From Nitrosopumilus sp. (GTDB lineage: Archaea; Thermoproteota; Nitrososphaeria; Nitrososphaerales; Nitrosopumilaceae): a DNA stretch of 64,000 nt. The notes beneath the pieces are model-generated. The model was not told where the DNA came from. It did not search any database and saw only the letters and a program-made list of their open reading frames with translations. The stretch lies in assembly GCA_965207075.1 (NCBI GenBank), contig CBDBLO010000002.1, forward strand, positions 992,001 through 1,056,000. Direction: 5' to 3'. Positions 1 through 9,865 of the stretch are shown one piece after another. The position numbers were made by a program, and so were the translations under genes. Position 1 is the first letter of the stretch. The number at the start of each line of letters is the position of its first letter.

Positions 1-39
1 GTCAAGCAGGTACAGGAGGTCAAGAAGAGATTTGCATGA
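1..39 (+). CDS. 3' end of upstream gene, probably ribosomal protein L1 (partial)
   Basis: Reads VKQVQEVKKRFA* and overlaps the rpl10 start; the rpl1-rpl10 order is the usual archaeal arrangement. Confidence 0.55.
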   Translation, partial: VKQVQEVKKRFA

Positions 40-898
40 GAACAGGACCACATACTCGCCAAAGAAGACGCAGATGTATCAGCAGCTCCAGAGCCTTCCG
101 AGGAGATACAGGGTGCTGGCGCTCGTAAAGCTTGACAAGGTGCGGGGGGCGCAGATACTGCCGCTGCGCAAGACCCTCAAGGACGACGTGCTGTTTGTGA
201 ACATAAAGGACAGGGTGGCAAAAAAGGCGCTCCAGGGGCTAGACATGCCCGGCATTGCCGGGATTGCAAAGGAGCTCGTGGGCCAGTGCATGCTGATGTT
301 CACCGACATGTCGCCGTTCCGCCTCAACATGCTGCTCGGCAAGAACAAGATAATGATGGCCGCGCGCGGCGGGGACACCTCCAGCATGGACGTGGTGGTG
401 CCCGAGATGAATACGGGGATCGCGCCCGGTCCCATGCTTACGGAGTTCAAGGAGGCCGGCATACCCACGAAGATAGACCAGGGCACGATATGGATATCAA
501 AGGACACGACGCCCGTGCACAAGGGCGAGGTGATAAACGACAAGCTCGCGTCCATACTGGGCAAGCTTGACATAAAGCCCGTGGAGGCCGGCATATCGCT
601 TTACGCGGCGCTCGAGGACGGGCTGGTATACGCCGAGGACGACCTGACGATAGACGTGGAGGCGTTCCGCGACTCTGTAATTGCGGCGCACCGGGAGGCG
701 CTCTCGCTGTCGGTGGAGGCGGCCTATGTGACTCCGGAGAACGCCGCGCAGATACTTGCAAAGGCCTCGCAGCATGCGCGCTCGCTGTCAGTCGAGTCCG
801 GATATCTCACGGACGAGACCCGGGAGCAGGTGCTGCAGAGGGCCGACGCCCGGGCAAGGGCCCTCGCGCAGAGCGCAGAAGGGTACGAGCCACAGTAG
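32..898 (+). CDS. rpl10: 50S ribosomal protein L10 (P0)
   Basis: P0-like motifs (ARGGD, NTGIAPGPMLTEFKEAGIPTKI); TTG start. Confidence 0.95.
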   Translation: MHENRTTYSPKKTQMYQQLQSLPRRYRVLALVKLDKVRGAQILPLRKTLKDDVLFVNIKDRVAKKALQGLDMPGIAGIAKELVGQCMLMFTDMSPFRLNMLLGKNKIMMAARGGDTSSMDVVVPEMNTGIAPGPMLTEFKEAGIPTKIDQGTIWISKDTTPVHKGEVINDKLASILGKLDIKPVEAGISLYAALEDGLVYAEDDLTIDVEAFRDSVIAAHREALSLSVEAAYVTPENAAQILAKASQHARSLSVESGYLTDETREQVLQRADARARALAQSAEGYEPQ

Positions 899-979
899 GG
901 CCGCCGTGGATCCTAGTTCCGGACGCCTGCATTCCTACCGACCTCGTGCATCTCCGCTCCTCCCACTCTCATACGACGG

Positions 980-1417
980 TCACACCGCCAGCCGGGGATT
1001 CCTTCTCATGTGCTCTGATATGGTCCTGTAGTCCGACGCGGATATGGGCCTGCCGTAGTTTGCAAGCCCGCCGTGCAGGTGCAGCCCCACCCACCTGCTC
1101 TTTTTTGCAAGGTGCAGTGACGGCAGCATGCCCCGTATGGTCGCGGTCCCCGCCCTGACGCTCCTCATGCCCGCCTCGTCCGTAACGCGGACGGGCCACC
1201 TGCACGTGGGCTCGCGCCATTTTCCCGAGACCTCGAATATGCCGTTGAACCTGCCGGTGCCAAGCACGTAGAACGCGACGCGGTCTCCTCTCCTTATCTT
1301 GGAGATCTCCGGCACCGACGCGGTCGCGTACGCCCCGTTCCTCTCTATCGCGCGCCACATGCTGGGCGCCACTGAGAGTATCCATCTTCTTGCCCCGCCC
1401 TTGCCACCTGCAGGCAT
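980..1417 (-). CDS. EVE/PUA-like domain protein
   Basis: N-terminal WIL..W and IRRGDRVAFYV..GRFNGIFEV pattern typical of EVE domains; start uncertain. Confidence 0.7.
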   Translation of the reverse strand: MPAGGKGGARRWILSVAPSMWRAIERNGAYATASVPEISKIRRGDRVAFYVLGTGRFNGIFEVSGKWREPTCRWPVRVTDEAGMRSVRAGTATIRGMLPSLHLAKKSRWVGLHLHGGLANYGRPISASDYRTISEHMRRNPRLAV

Positions 1418-1532
1418 TGCACGTCATGGGTGCGTCCAGACTTTAAGGATGCTGATACGGCAGGCCTGCACGCCTGTGAAAAGGCTCCACGCGCCATTAG
1501 GTTGTGATAAATGAGTGTGTTTGTGGCGGTCG

Positions 1533-1847
1533 TCATCCAAAGAGTGATGAGAGTCCTTCCATGGCGGCCTCTTCAGTCTTGCCCTCTTCCTTTTTCTCTT
1601 CTTCCTTGGGGGCTTCGGCTGCCTCGCCTGCATCTGCCGCTCCCGCAGCAGGTGCAGCCGCAACTGCCGCGACCGGGGCTGCCTTTACGGCCTCGTCAAT
1701 GTCGACGTCTGCCAGGGCAGCCACTAGGGACTTTACCTGTGCCTCGTTGACCTCTGCGCCCGACGCCTTTATGACAGAACTGACGTTCTCCTCGCTTACA
1801 TCCTTTTGGAGCTTGTGGAGGAGCAATGCCGCATAGACGTATTCCAT
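1533..1847 (-). CDS. rpl12: 50S ribosomal protein L12 (P1)
   Basis: [11 protein letters not shown] start, Ala-rich hinge, acidic tail ending GLSSLFG. Confidence 0.97.
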   Translation of the reverse strand: MEYVYAALLLHKLQKDVSEENVSSVIKASGAEVNEAQVKSLVAALADVDIDEAVKAAPVAAVAAAPAAGAADAGEAAEAPKEEEKKEEGKTEEAAMEGLSSLFG

Positions 1848-1908
1848 GTGTGTGGGGCGACGGAGGACGTTATATAAAATTATAGTGGGCGGCTCGGGGG
1901 GGGGGGAG

Positions 1909-2445
1909 TCAGTTGAGTATCTTCAGGCTCCTGCATACAGAGTATAGGGTGCGCTTTAGATGTTTGTCAGTCAGGGTGTCCATGCGGTGCTTTAGCACGC
2001 GCTTTGCCTCGTCCCTCTCGGGGCCAGGCGGCAGTGAGAGCACCTTGTTGAGGAGTTCTGGCAGAAACTCGCGGACCCACCCGTCAAGCATCAGGTATAT
2101 GCGTGGGGGTATAATGTCGCACTTGTCCTCGTCAAGGTTCAGTATCTCGTTGAAGGTCTCGTACTCGACCCTGTAGATGAGCGCCAGTACTATGTTGTCG
2201 GGGGTCGGGTTAGTGAGTATCTCCCTTGAGCGCTCGCCCGTCTTGCCCTGCGCAAGCTTGTTCTTGAGGCCCACCGGGTTGACTATGATCCCGTTGATGC
2301 CTATCCTGCGGCCGTCCATGCCGGTGACCGTCCCGACCACAAAGTCCTTGAACTCGCCGTTCTGCCTGACTGAGAATATGTTTGTGCCCTCCTCAAGCTT
2401 TTTTGGACCCTTGCCGAACATGAGTCTGCTGCGCCTGCTGGACAT
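1909..2445 (-). CDS. Hypothetical protein
   Basis: 178-aa ORF with globular composition and host-like codon usage. Confidence 0.75.
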   Translation of the reverse strand: MSSRRSRLMFGKGPKKLEEGTNIFSVRQNGEFKDFVVGTVTGMDGRRIGINGIIVNPVGLKNKLAQGKTGERSREILTNPTPDNIVLALIYRVEYETFNEILNLDEDKCDIIPPRIYLMLDGWVREFLPELLNKVLSLPPGPERDEAKRVLKHRMDTLTDKHLKRTLYSVCRSLKILN

Positions 2446-2506
2446 TTAAAATTTGAGAATGTGCACTCTGCTTGGCGTATGGGCATAGATCAGGCACTCG
2501 ACTACC

Positions 2507-2554
2507 GCCGCTGCTGCGTGCCTGCCGCTGCTGCGTGCCTGCCGCTGCTGCGTA
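2507..2554. repeat. 17-bp tandem repeat (GCCGCTGCTGCGTGCCT) x about 2.8
   Basis: Seen directly in the intergenic region upstream of alaS. Confidence 0.85.
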
Positions 2555-2699
2555 TGCCGCTACATCTGGCGATGATCTGATAATGGCAATTGGCACGGCG
2601 CGCTGTCTGCGGTCTTGCAGCAATGTCGTTGCCGACACACGCTGCCGACACGCACCTGCAAATTGACGGTATTAATACCGGGCGGCGGCAGCTGGGCTG

Positions 2700-5663
2700 T
2701 TGGATGGCAAAAAGGCCGAGATTCTGAGAGAGTTCTCCTCCGAGCCGGGCAGGTACTACGCCGTGGAGCTGTTCGCAGACGCCGGCTTTGCACGCGTGCC
2801 GTGTGACGTGTGCGGCAGGTTCTTCTGGACGCTTGACGCGTCGCGCACTCGGTGCCCCGACGACGCCGCCGACACGTACTCGTTTATCGGGGATCCCCCG
2901 ACCGCGCGCAGGTTCGACTACGCCCAGGCCTGGGAGCAGGTGCGCGCCTATTTTGAGGCCAACGGTCACGCCGCAATCGGAAGGTACCCAGTGGTGTGCC
3001 GCTGGCGCGACGACCTCTACTTTACGATAGCGTCGATCGTGGACTTTCAGCGGGTGATGGGCTCCAAGGTGGTGTTCGAGTTTCCGGCAAACCCGCTAGT
3101 GGTGCCGCAGACCTGCCTGCGGTTCAAGGATCTGGAGAACGTGGGGGTTACGGGCAGGCACTTTTCCAGCTTCTGCATGGTGGGGCAGCACAGCGTGCCG
3201 GACATGGACGGCGGATACTGGAAGGACGAGTGCATCCGCCTCGACTATGGCATGCTCACGGGGCCGTTCGGCATCGCGCCGGAGGAGATCGTATTCGTCG
3301 AGGACGTGTGGGCCGGCGGCGGCTCGTTTGGGCCGTCCCTCGAGTATTTTGTCAGGGGGCTTGAGCTTGGAAACGCGGTGTTTACAGAGTTTCAGGGCGA
3401 GCTTGGGCGCCACACCACCCTTGACAGGCGCATAATAGACATGGGGGCGGGACTGGAGCGCCTTGCGTGGATCACCATGGGGACCCCCACCGCATACGAC
3501 TGCTGCTTTGGCGGGGTCGACACCCTGATACGGAACGCGCTCGGCATTCCGGACGCGGATCCCGGGATGCTCGGGAACTATTACACGGAGGTCGCAAAGA
3601 CGCTTGACCGGTTCGACGATCTCTGGGACGTGAGGAGGCGCGCCATGCGGGGGGCCGGCATATCCGACCGCGAGGCCTCGCAGGTGATAGGGCCCTTGGA
3701 GGACTCTTACATGATCGCCGATCACGTGCGCACCCTGATATTTGCAATATCCGACGGTGCGCTCCCAAGCAACGTGGGCGGGGGGTACAACCTGCGCATG
3801 ATGATACGCCGGATAGGCGAGCGCATGCGCAGGCTCGGCGGCGCGTCGGGCGCGGTGGATCTGGACCGCCTGGTGGACGCACACATCGACTATCTGCGCG
3901 GGACATACCCGGAGCTGGACTCCAAGCGCGACGACATAAAGCAGATACTGCGCATCGAGACGGGGCGGTACGCCGAGTCACGCTCCATGATGCAGAAAAA
4001 GGTCGCAAAGGTGCAGAGGCGCGGGGGCCCTCCCGACGCGAAGGCCCTTGTCGTGCTGTACGACTCTGACGGGATAACCCCCGAGTACCTCGTCGAGCAG
4101 GGCGTCATATCCGAGGTGCCGTCGGACTTTTACTCCCGCATATCGGAGATGCACCAGTCGGAGAGAGGCGCCAAGGACGATGCCACCGCCGCAGATGTCC
4201 CGGACGGAATCCCGGACACGGAGCTGCTGTATTACAGCGACGATCCGCGCGAGTTTGAGGCCACCGTGCTGTGGTCGCGCGGGAACGTGGTGGTGCTAGA
4301 CCGCACCTCGTTTTACGCGCGCGGCGGGGGGCAGGAGCCGGACCACGGCACTATAGACGGCCGCGCAGTGACAGACGTCCAAAACCACGCGGGCGTAATA
4401 CTACACGTGCTTGAAGACGGCGGCGGCGACGACGACGGAGGTGAAACTATGACAACAGCAACAGCAGTAGCAGCGGCAGCAGCATCTGCCACCCCCGCTC
4501 CAAATGCAGGCAGCCGCGTCAGGTGCGTGGTTGACTCGGCCCGGCGCGACGCCATCACCAAGCACCATACGTCCACGCACATACTCAACACGTCTTCGCG
4601 CCGCATACTGGGCTCGTGGGTGTGGCAGCACTCTGCATTCAAGGATGCGGACCACGCCCGGCTCGATATCACACACCACTCGCCGCTCTCCGGACAGCAG
4701 GTGCAGGATATAGAGGACGCGGCCAACGCGATGGTGTCTGACAACCTGCCGGTCTCCATCAGCTACATGGAGCGCGGTGAGGCCGAGCAGAGGTACGGGT
4801 TCAGCATATACCAGGGAGGGGTCGTCCCCGTCAAGGCGGTCCGGATCGTGTCGATATCCGACGTGGACATAGAGGCGTGCGGCGGGACGCACGTGCCGGA
4901 GACGGGGCGCATCAAGAAGATCAGGATAACGCGCACAAAGCGCATACAGGACGGCGTGGTGAGGCTAGAGTTCGTGTCCGGGGACGCCGCATACCGGTAC
5001 GAGGCCGAGCAGAGGCGCGCGGCAGAAGAGGAGCAAAGGGACGCGGCCATCAGGGAGGAGACCCGGCGCAGGCGCGACTCGAGCAAGGAGGAGGCCCGCA
5101 AGGCGATACCCGGCATCATGCGCGCCGTAAACGAGGCGGCTGCGGCCGCCATGTCCGGTGCCGCGGAGGGCGACGCGGCCGCAAACGGCATAACTGCGAT
5201 CGACGCGCCCGAGGGCGTGCGCGTATTCGTGGGATGGCCCGCGCCGAATGAGCGGACCGACGGCCGCGATGACACGTCCTCCGAATCCCCGTCCGTCGGG
5301 CGGGCAGATGACCGTGTCGTAGCGTGCGTGGTGCGCGACACGGAGCGCGGCGAGCACTTTCACACGAGCCTCGGCAAGAGGATGGCAAAGGAGATGCCGT
5401 ACTCTGCATACGTGGGATTCTTTGCGGCGGGGCCCACGGTGCGCGTCGTTGCATATGCGGGCGCCGGCGCCGTGTCGCGTGGCATCGACGCCTCTGAAAT
5501 CGCGGCAGCAGCGTCCGCCGTCCTGGGGGGTGGCTCGAGCCGCAACGACGCCGCGTTCTCGCAGGGCGGCGGCACGAACACCTCGAGCATCGAGGAGGCC
5601 GCCGGGGCCGCCGAGTCTGCCATACGCGGCATGCTGTCGGGGGCCGTCGCCGGTGACCCGTGA
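2700..5663 (+). CDS. alaS: Alanine--tRNA ligase
   Basis: Archaeal AlaRS motifs (VGVTGRH, ELGNAVF, DMGAGLER), editing HTSTH and ACGGTH, C-terminal GG motifs. Confidence 0.97.
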   Translation: MDGKKAEILREFSSEPGRYYAVELFADAGFARVPCDVCGRFFWTLDASRTRCPDDAADTYSFIGDPPTARRFDYAQAWEQVRAYFEANGHAAIGRYPVVCRWRDDLYFTIASIVDFQRVMGSKVVFEFPANPLVVPQTCLRFKDLENVGVTGRHFSSFCMVGQHSVPDMDGGYWKDECIRLDYGMLTGPFGIAPEEIVFVEDVWAGGGSFGPSLEYFVRGLELGNAVFTEFQGELGRHTTLDRRIIDMGAGLERLAWITMGTPTAYDCCFGGVDTLIRNALGIPDADPGMLGNYYTEVAKTLDRFDDLWDVRRRAMRGAGISDREASQVIGPLEDSYMIADHVRTLIFAISDGALPSNVGGGYNLRMMIRRIGERMRRLGGASGAVDLDRLVDAHIDYLRGTYPELDSKRDDIKQILRIETGRYAESRSMMQKKVAKVQRRGGPPDAKALVVLYDSDGITPEYLVEQGVISEVPSDFYSRISEMHQSERGAKDDATAADVPDGIPDTELLYYSDDPREFEATVLWSRGNVVVLDRTSFYARGGGQEPDHGTIDGRAVTDVQNHAGVILHVLEDGGGDDDGGETMTTATAVAAAAASATPAPNAGSRVRCVVDSARRDAITKHHTSTHILNTSSRRILGSWVWQHSAFKDADHARLDITHHSPLSGQQVQDIEDAANAMVSDNLPVSISYMERGEAEQRYGFSIYQGGVVPVKAVRIVSISDVDIEACGGTHVPETGRIKKIRITRTKRIQDGVVRLEFVSGDAAYRYEAEQRRAAEEEQRDAAIREETRRRRDSSKEEARKAIPGIMRAVNEAAAAAMSGAAEGDAAANGITAIDAPEGVRVFVGWPAPNERTDGRDDTSSESPSVGRADDRVVACVVRDTERGEHFHTSLGKRMAKEMPYSAYVGFFAAGPTVRVVAYAGAGAVSRGIDASEIAAAASAVLGGGSSRNDAAFSQGGGTNTSSIEEAAGAAESAIRGMLSGAVAGDP

Positions 5664-5803
5664 GCGCCGCCCACGGTGAACGCAATGATGACATTATACT
5701 GGGGGCGTAATGGTAATGACGACAATGGCAATGGTAATAATGACTGATCCGAGCGCCACAACTACAGTGATAAAACGCGGATCTGGACGGAGGATCGTAC
5801 GGA

Positions 5804-8800
5804 ATGGCCCCTGACACCACCACCACCTCTACTCCTGCACCCGGAAAGAACGGCCCCGACTGGTGGCAGTCAGTCGAGTCCGCATGCCAGAAGGGATGGG
5901 CCGACTCCAAGGCGTTTGAGGCCGAACCCGACGACTCGCGTCCAAAAAAATTCGTCACGGTGGCGTACCCCTATCCGAACTCCCCGCAGCACATAGGCCA
6001 CGGCAGGACGTACACGCTTGCCGACGTGCACGCTCGCTTTTGGCGCCTGAGGGGATACAACGTGCTGTTCCCCATGGGATTCCACTATACGGGCACCCCC
6101 ATACTCGGAATGTCCCGGCGGGTGCAGGACGGGGACGCGGAGCTGATCGGAAACCTCCGCGACATCTACGGAGTGCCGGAGAGTGACATAGAGACGTTTG
6201 CAGACCCCCTTGCCATCGCGCGCTACTTTCACAACGAGATCAAGATGGGCATGAAGGAGATGGGTTACTCGATAGACTGGAGGCGCGAGTTTACCACCAT
6301 AGACCCGGCGTACTCCAAGTTTGTAGAGTGGCAGATCTCGACCCTCCGCAGGCTGGACCTGATAATACAGGGCTCGCATCCGGTCGGGTGGTGCCCAAAG
6401 GACCAGAACCCCGTCTCGCAGCACGACACGCTGGGCGACGTGGAGCCGGCGTTCACCGAATATGTCATGATAAAGTTTGCCGTGGGCGACTATACGGTGC
6501 CTGTCGCAACGCTGCGGCCGGAGACCATATTTGGCGTGACGAACCTGTGGGTCGACCCCGACACGCCGTACAGGAAGGTTGCAGTATCGAGGGACGGTGA
6601 TGGCGAAGATGACGGAGCAAAGGCGGAAAAGTGGGTTGTAAGCGCCGAGTGCGCGTACAAGCTGGGGTTCCTGGGATATGACGTACGTGACGAGGGAGAG
6701 ATTGCCGGTTCTGACCTGGTGGGGGAGATGGCATCGGAGCCGGTGCTGATGTCTCAGCAGCAGCAGCAGCAGCAACAACAGCAGCAGCAACCGCGCAGCA
6801 ACGGCCCGGGCCGCCGAATCCCCGTACTGCCGGCCAAATTCGTAGAGCCCGGCACGGGCACCGGGATTGTAATGTCCGTTCCCGCCCACGCGCCATACGA
6901 CTGGCAGGCGCTGCAAGACCTCCGGAACGGACGCGACGGTGACGGCCGTATCTCGCAAGGGTCTTCTGCCGCGGCGGCCTCCATCCTGCCAATCTCGATA
7001 ATCCGCACCGACGGGTACGGTGACGTCCCGGCAGCAGACGCCGTGTCTGCCATACCCGACTGCGAGGGACAGTCGGATCCCCGGCTGGAACCCGCCACCA
7101 AGGAACTGTACTCCAAGGAGTTCTACGAGGGCGTGATGAGCAGGGACGGCCCGACTGCCCAGTTCGGCGGCATGCCCGTCAGGGAGGCCAAGGACGCGGT
7201 GGGCGCGTGGCTTGCCGGCTCCGGATGCGCGGAGACGTTTCTGGAGATTGCCGACGCGCCCGTGCGGTGCAGGTGCGGCTCTGAGTGCGTGGTCAAGGTC
7301 CTAAACGACCAGTGGTTCCTCAACTACGGCAGCCCCAAATGGAAGGAGGCCGCCCACGAATGCCTCGACGGGATGGACATACTGCCTGACGAAATACGGC
7401 AGGAGTTCGCGCACGTGGTGGACTGGCTCCACGAGCGCGCATGCGCAAGGCAGCACGGGCTCGGCACAAAGCTGCCGTGGGACGACAGCTGGATTGTAGA
7501 GAGCCTGTCCGACTCGGTGATATACATGGCGTACTATACAATATCCCGGTTCGTCAACGACGGGACGGTAACCCCCGAGCAGATGACGCCCGAGTTCTTT
7601 GAGTACGTGATGGCGGGCCGGGGGCGGAACACCGGCGATGCCGGCGGCGCGGGCCCCCGGTTTGGTGCCGACCATGACGAAAATCTGGATGCCGCAGTGG
7701 CAAAGTGGCGCTCAGAGTCGGGAATCCCGGACGACGCGCTCGAGGTGATGCGCCGGGAGTTCGAGTATTTCTATCCCGTCGACTACCGGCACTCGGGCCG
7801 GGACCTGGTGCCGAACCACCTGACGTTCTTTGTGCTGAACCACGTGGCAATATTTTCCCAGAAGATGTGGCCCCGGGGAATAGTGGTGAACGGTTCCGTT
7901 CTCATGGACGGCTCCAAAATGTCAAAGAGCATGGGGAACATAATACCGCTCCGCAGGGCCATACGCGAGTTTGGGGCCGACCCCATACGGCTTGCCATAA
8001 TAATATCGGCAGAACTGCTGCAGGACGCGGACTTTAACATGGAGTCGGTGCACGGGATGCGCTCCAAGCTTGAGGCAATGCATGCAGAGTGCGCCAGGCT
8101 GGGAGGAAGAGGGGGAGAAGGAGGAGGAAGAGACTCGACAGACTCCGGTGACGCGGACTCCCTGAACACATCCTCTGGCAGCGGCGGCGCGGCCGACTCC
8201 GGAGGTGCCTCGGACACCCATCAAAGCGCCGCCTCGTCCCCCGAGGACGCATGGCTGCTGTCTAGGATACGGCAGATCATCTCGTCTGTAAGCGAGTCGA
8301 TGGAAAAGATGCGACTCCGCGAGGCGCTACACCTAGTGCTGTTTGAGGCCGAGTCCGTGCTGCAGTGGCATGCCAGGAGAGCCGCTGCAAAGCGCCGCCC
8401 GGAATCCGATACGCACGACATCCTGCACGCTGTAATGACTGCCCGGGTGACCATGTTGCAACCGTTTGCACCCCACGTGACGGAGTCGATGCGGGCGGCG
8501 CTCGGCTATTCGCATGAGGATCGGGCCATGGCCAGATGGCCCGTACGTTCCGGCCTTGGGCCGTCCGACCACATTGCGCTGCAGGCCGAGTCCCTGCTGA
8601 AATCCGTGCTCGATGACATCGCAAGCATCCTAAAGGTGACAAAGATGACCCCGTCCAGAATCATCCTGTACGTGTCAGGCGACAGTAGCCCAAGGCGCGC
8701 CATATACCAGAGCGTGCTGCAGTCGGTACTCGGAGGGCAGTCGTCCATGAAGCAGGTCATGGGCGAACTGATGTCTGGATCCTGCGCCGCATACGCCAAA

Positions 8801-9193
8801 AAGATGCCGGATTATGTGCAAAAGGCCATAACCGACGTACTATCAGATCCCGTCATAATAAGGGAGGCGCGGTTGACCGCATTGAGCGTCTACCCGGAGA
8901 CACGCTTTGCATTCTCGGCCGAGGACACAACACGAGAGGCGCGGTTGACCGCATCTAGCCCCACTGGTGACGATGACGATGATGATATTACTACAAGCGG
9001 TCCCGATTATATCGCGGGCCGAAAATCCTCCTTTTCGGAATCCAACTTCCTTGCATCCGAACTGCCCGGGATTGCCTCTGCCTCGTTTGAGGCCAAGGTG
9101 GACGTGTACCTGGCAGACGGCCCTGATCTTTACGACCCAAAGTCCAAGGCGCGCCACGCACGCCCGTTCAAGCCTGCCATATTCATCGAGTGA
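5804..9193 (+). CDS. leuS: Leucine--tRNA ligase
   Basis: HIGH and KMSKS motifs, ATLRPET, GTGIVMSVPAHAPYD editing motif. Confidence 0.97.
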   Translation: MAPDTTTTSTPAPGKNGPDWWQSVESACQKGWADSKAFEAEPDDSRPKKFVTVAYPYPNSPQHIGHGRTYTLADVHARFWRLRGYNVLFPMGFHYTGTPILGMSRRVQDGDAELIGNLRDIYGVPESDIETFADPLAIARYFHNEIKMGMKEMGYSIDWRREFTTIDPAYSKFVEWQISTLRRLDLIIQGSHPVGWCPKDQNPVSQHDTLGDVEPAFTEYVMIKFAVGDYTVPVATLRPETIFGVTNLWVDPDTPYRKVAVSRDGDGEDDGAKAEKWVVSAECAYKLGFLGYDVRDEGEIAGSDLVGEMASEPVLMSQQQQQQQQQQQQPRSNGPGRRIPVLPAKFVEPGTGTGIVMSVPAHAPYDWQALQDLRNGRDGDGRISQGSSAAAASILPISIIRTDGYGDVPAADAVSAIPDCEGQSDPRLEPATKELYSKEFYEGVMSRDGPTAQFGGMPVREAKDAVGAWLAGSGCAETFLEIADAPVRCRCGSECVVKVLNDQWFLNYGSPKWKEAAHECLDGMDILPDEIRQEFAHVVDWLHERACARQHGLGTKLPWDDSWIVESLSDSVIYMAYYTISRFVNDGTVTPEQMTPEFFEYVMAGRGRNTGDAGGAGPRFGADHDENLDAAVAKWRSESGIPDDALEVMRREFEYFYPVDYRHSGRDLVPNHLTFFVLNHVAIFSQKMWPRGIVVNGSVLMDGSKMSKSMGNIIPLRRAIREFGADPIRLAIIISAELLQDADFNMESVHGMRSKLEAMHAECARLGGRGGEGGGRDSTDSGDADSLNTSSGSGGAADSGGASDTHQSAASSPEDAWLLSRIRQIISSVSESMEKMRLREALHLVLFEAESVLQWHARRAAAKRRPESDTHDILHAVMTARVTMLQPFAPHVTESMRAALGYSHEDRAMARWPVRSGLGPSDHIALQAESLLKSVLDDIASILKVTKMTPSRIILYVSGDSSPRRAIYQSVLQSVLGGQSSMKQVMGELMSGSCAAYAKKMPDYVQKAITDVLSDPVIIREARLTALSVYPETRFAFSAEDTTREARLTASSPTGDDDDDDITTSGPDYIAGRKSSFSESNFLASELPGIASASFEAKVDVYLADGPDLYDPKSKARHARPFKPAIFIE

Positions 9194-9244
9194 CGGCCGG
9201 CCCCCGGGGAAAATCATAATATCCTGCCAGTCCCATGTCCTGCC

Positions 9245-9763
9245 ATGGCAAAAAGGCGCCAGATTCTCGTAATAGGGCACAATACAAACGGCTGCACCCC
9301 GCGGCACGAGGATGCCGCCTACGAGGTGGGTGCGGCAATCGCCAACTCGAACTCCGTGCTGATTACCGGCGGGCTGGGGGGCGTGATGGAGGCCGCATCG
9401 CGGGGCGCAAGCGAGGCGGGCGGACTGTCGGTGGGAATACTGCCGCAGGACGACGCGTCGTTTGCAAACCCCTACTGCGACGTGGTGATCCCCACCGGGA
9501 TGGGACTGACGCGTGACTTTCTAAACGCGCTCAGCGCCGACGGCATAATCGTCGTAGGCGGGGGCTCCGGCACCCTGTCCGAGGTGTGCGCCGCGTACAT
9601 GCACAAAAAGCCGATGGTCGCCATAAGGGGCATGGGCGGCTCAGTCGCCCCGTACGTGGACGGCTATGTGGATCATAGGAAAAACGTCATGATCGAGGGC
9701 GCCGACACGCCCCGGGAGGCCGTGTCTGCAATCCTGCGGATGATTGAATCCGCCTCCGGTTGA
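9245..9763 (+). CDS. LOG-family / TIGR00725-like Rossmann-fold protein
   Basis: ITGGLGGVMEA and GGGSGTLSE motifs. Confidence 0.88.
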   Translation: MAKRRQILVIGHNTNGCTPRHEDAAYEVGAAIANSNSVLITGGLGGVMEAASRGASEAGGLSVGILPQDDASFANPYCDVVIPTGMGLTRDFLNALSADGIIVVGGGSGTLSEVCAAYMHKKPMVAIRGMGGSVAPYVDGYVDHRKNVMIEGADTPREAVSAILRMIESASG

Positions 9764-9865
9764 TGCACTGATGCCGGCCACTCGCAAGATGACAAACGGG
9801 CGCCATGAGAAGAAAGGGCGGGGTGCTGTGATGGCTAGGGGAATAACGGTGAACTGTACCAGCGT

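Noticed and set aside
5870-6958. Long antisense ORFs (this one, 46414-47406, 58248-59108 and similar)
   Set aside because: Shadow frames of real genes caused by high GC and codon bias; no motifs or promoters.
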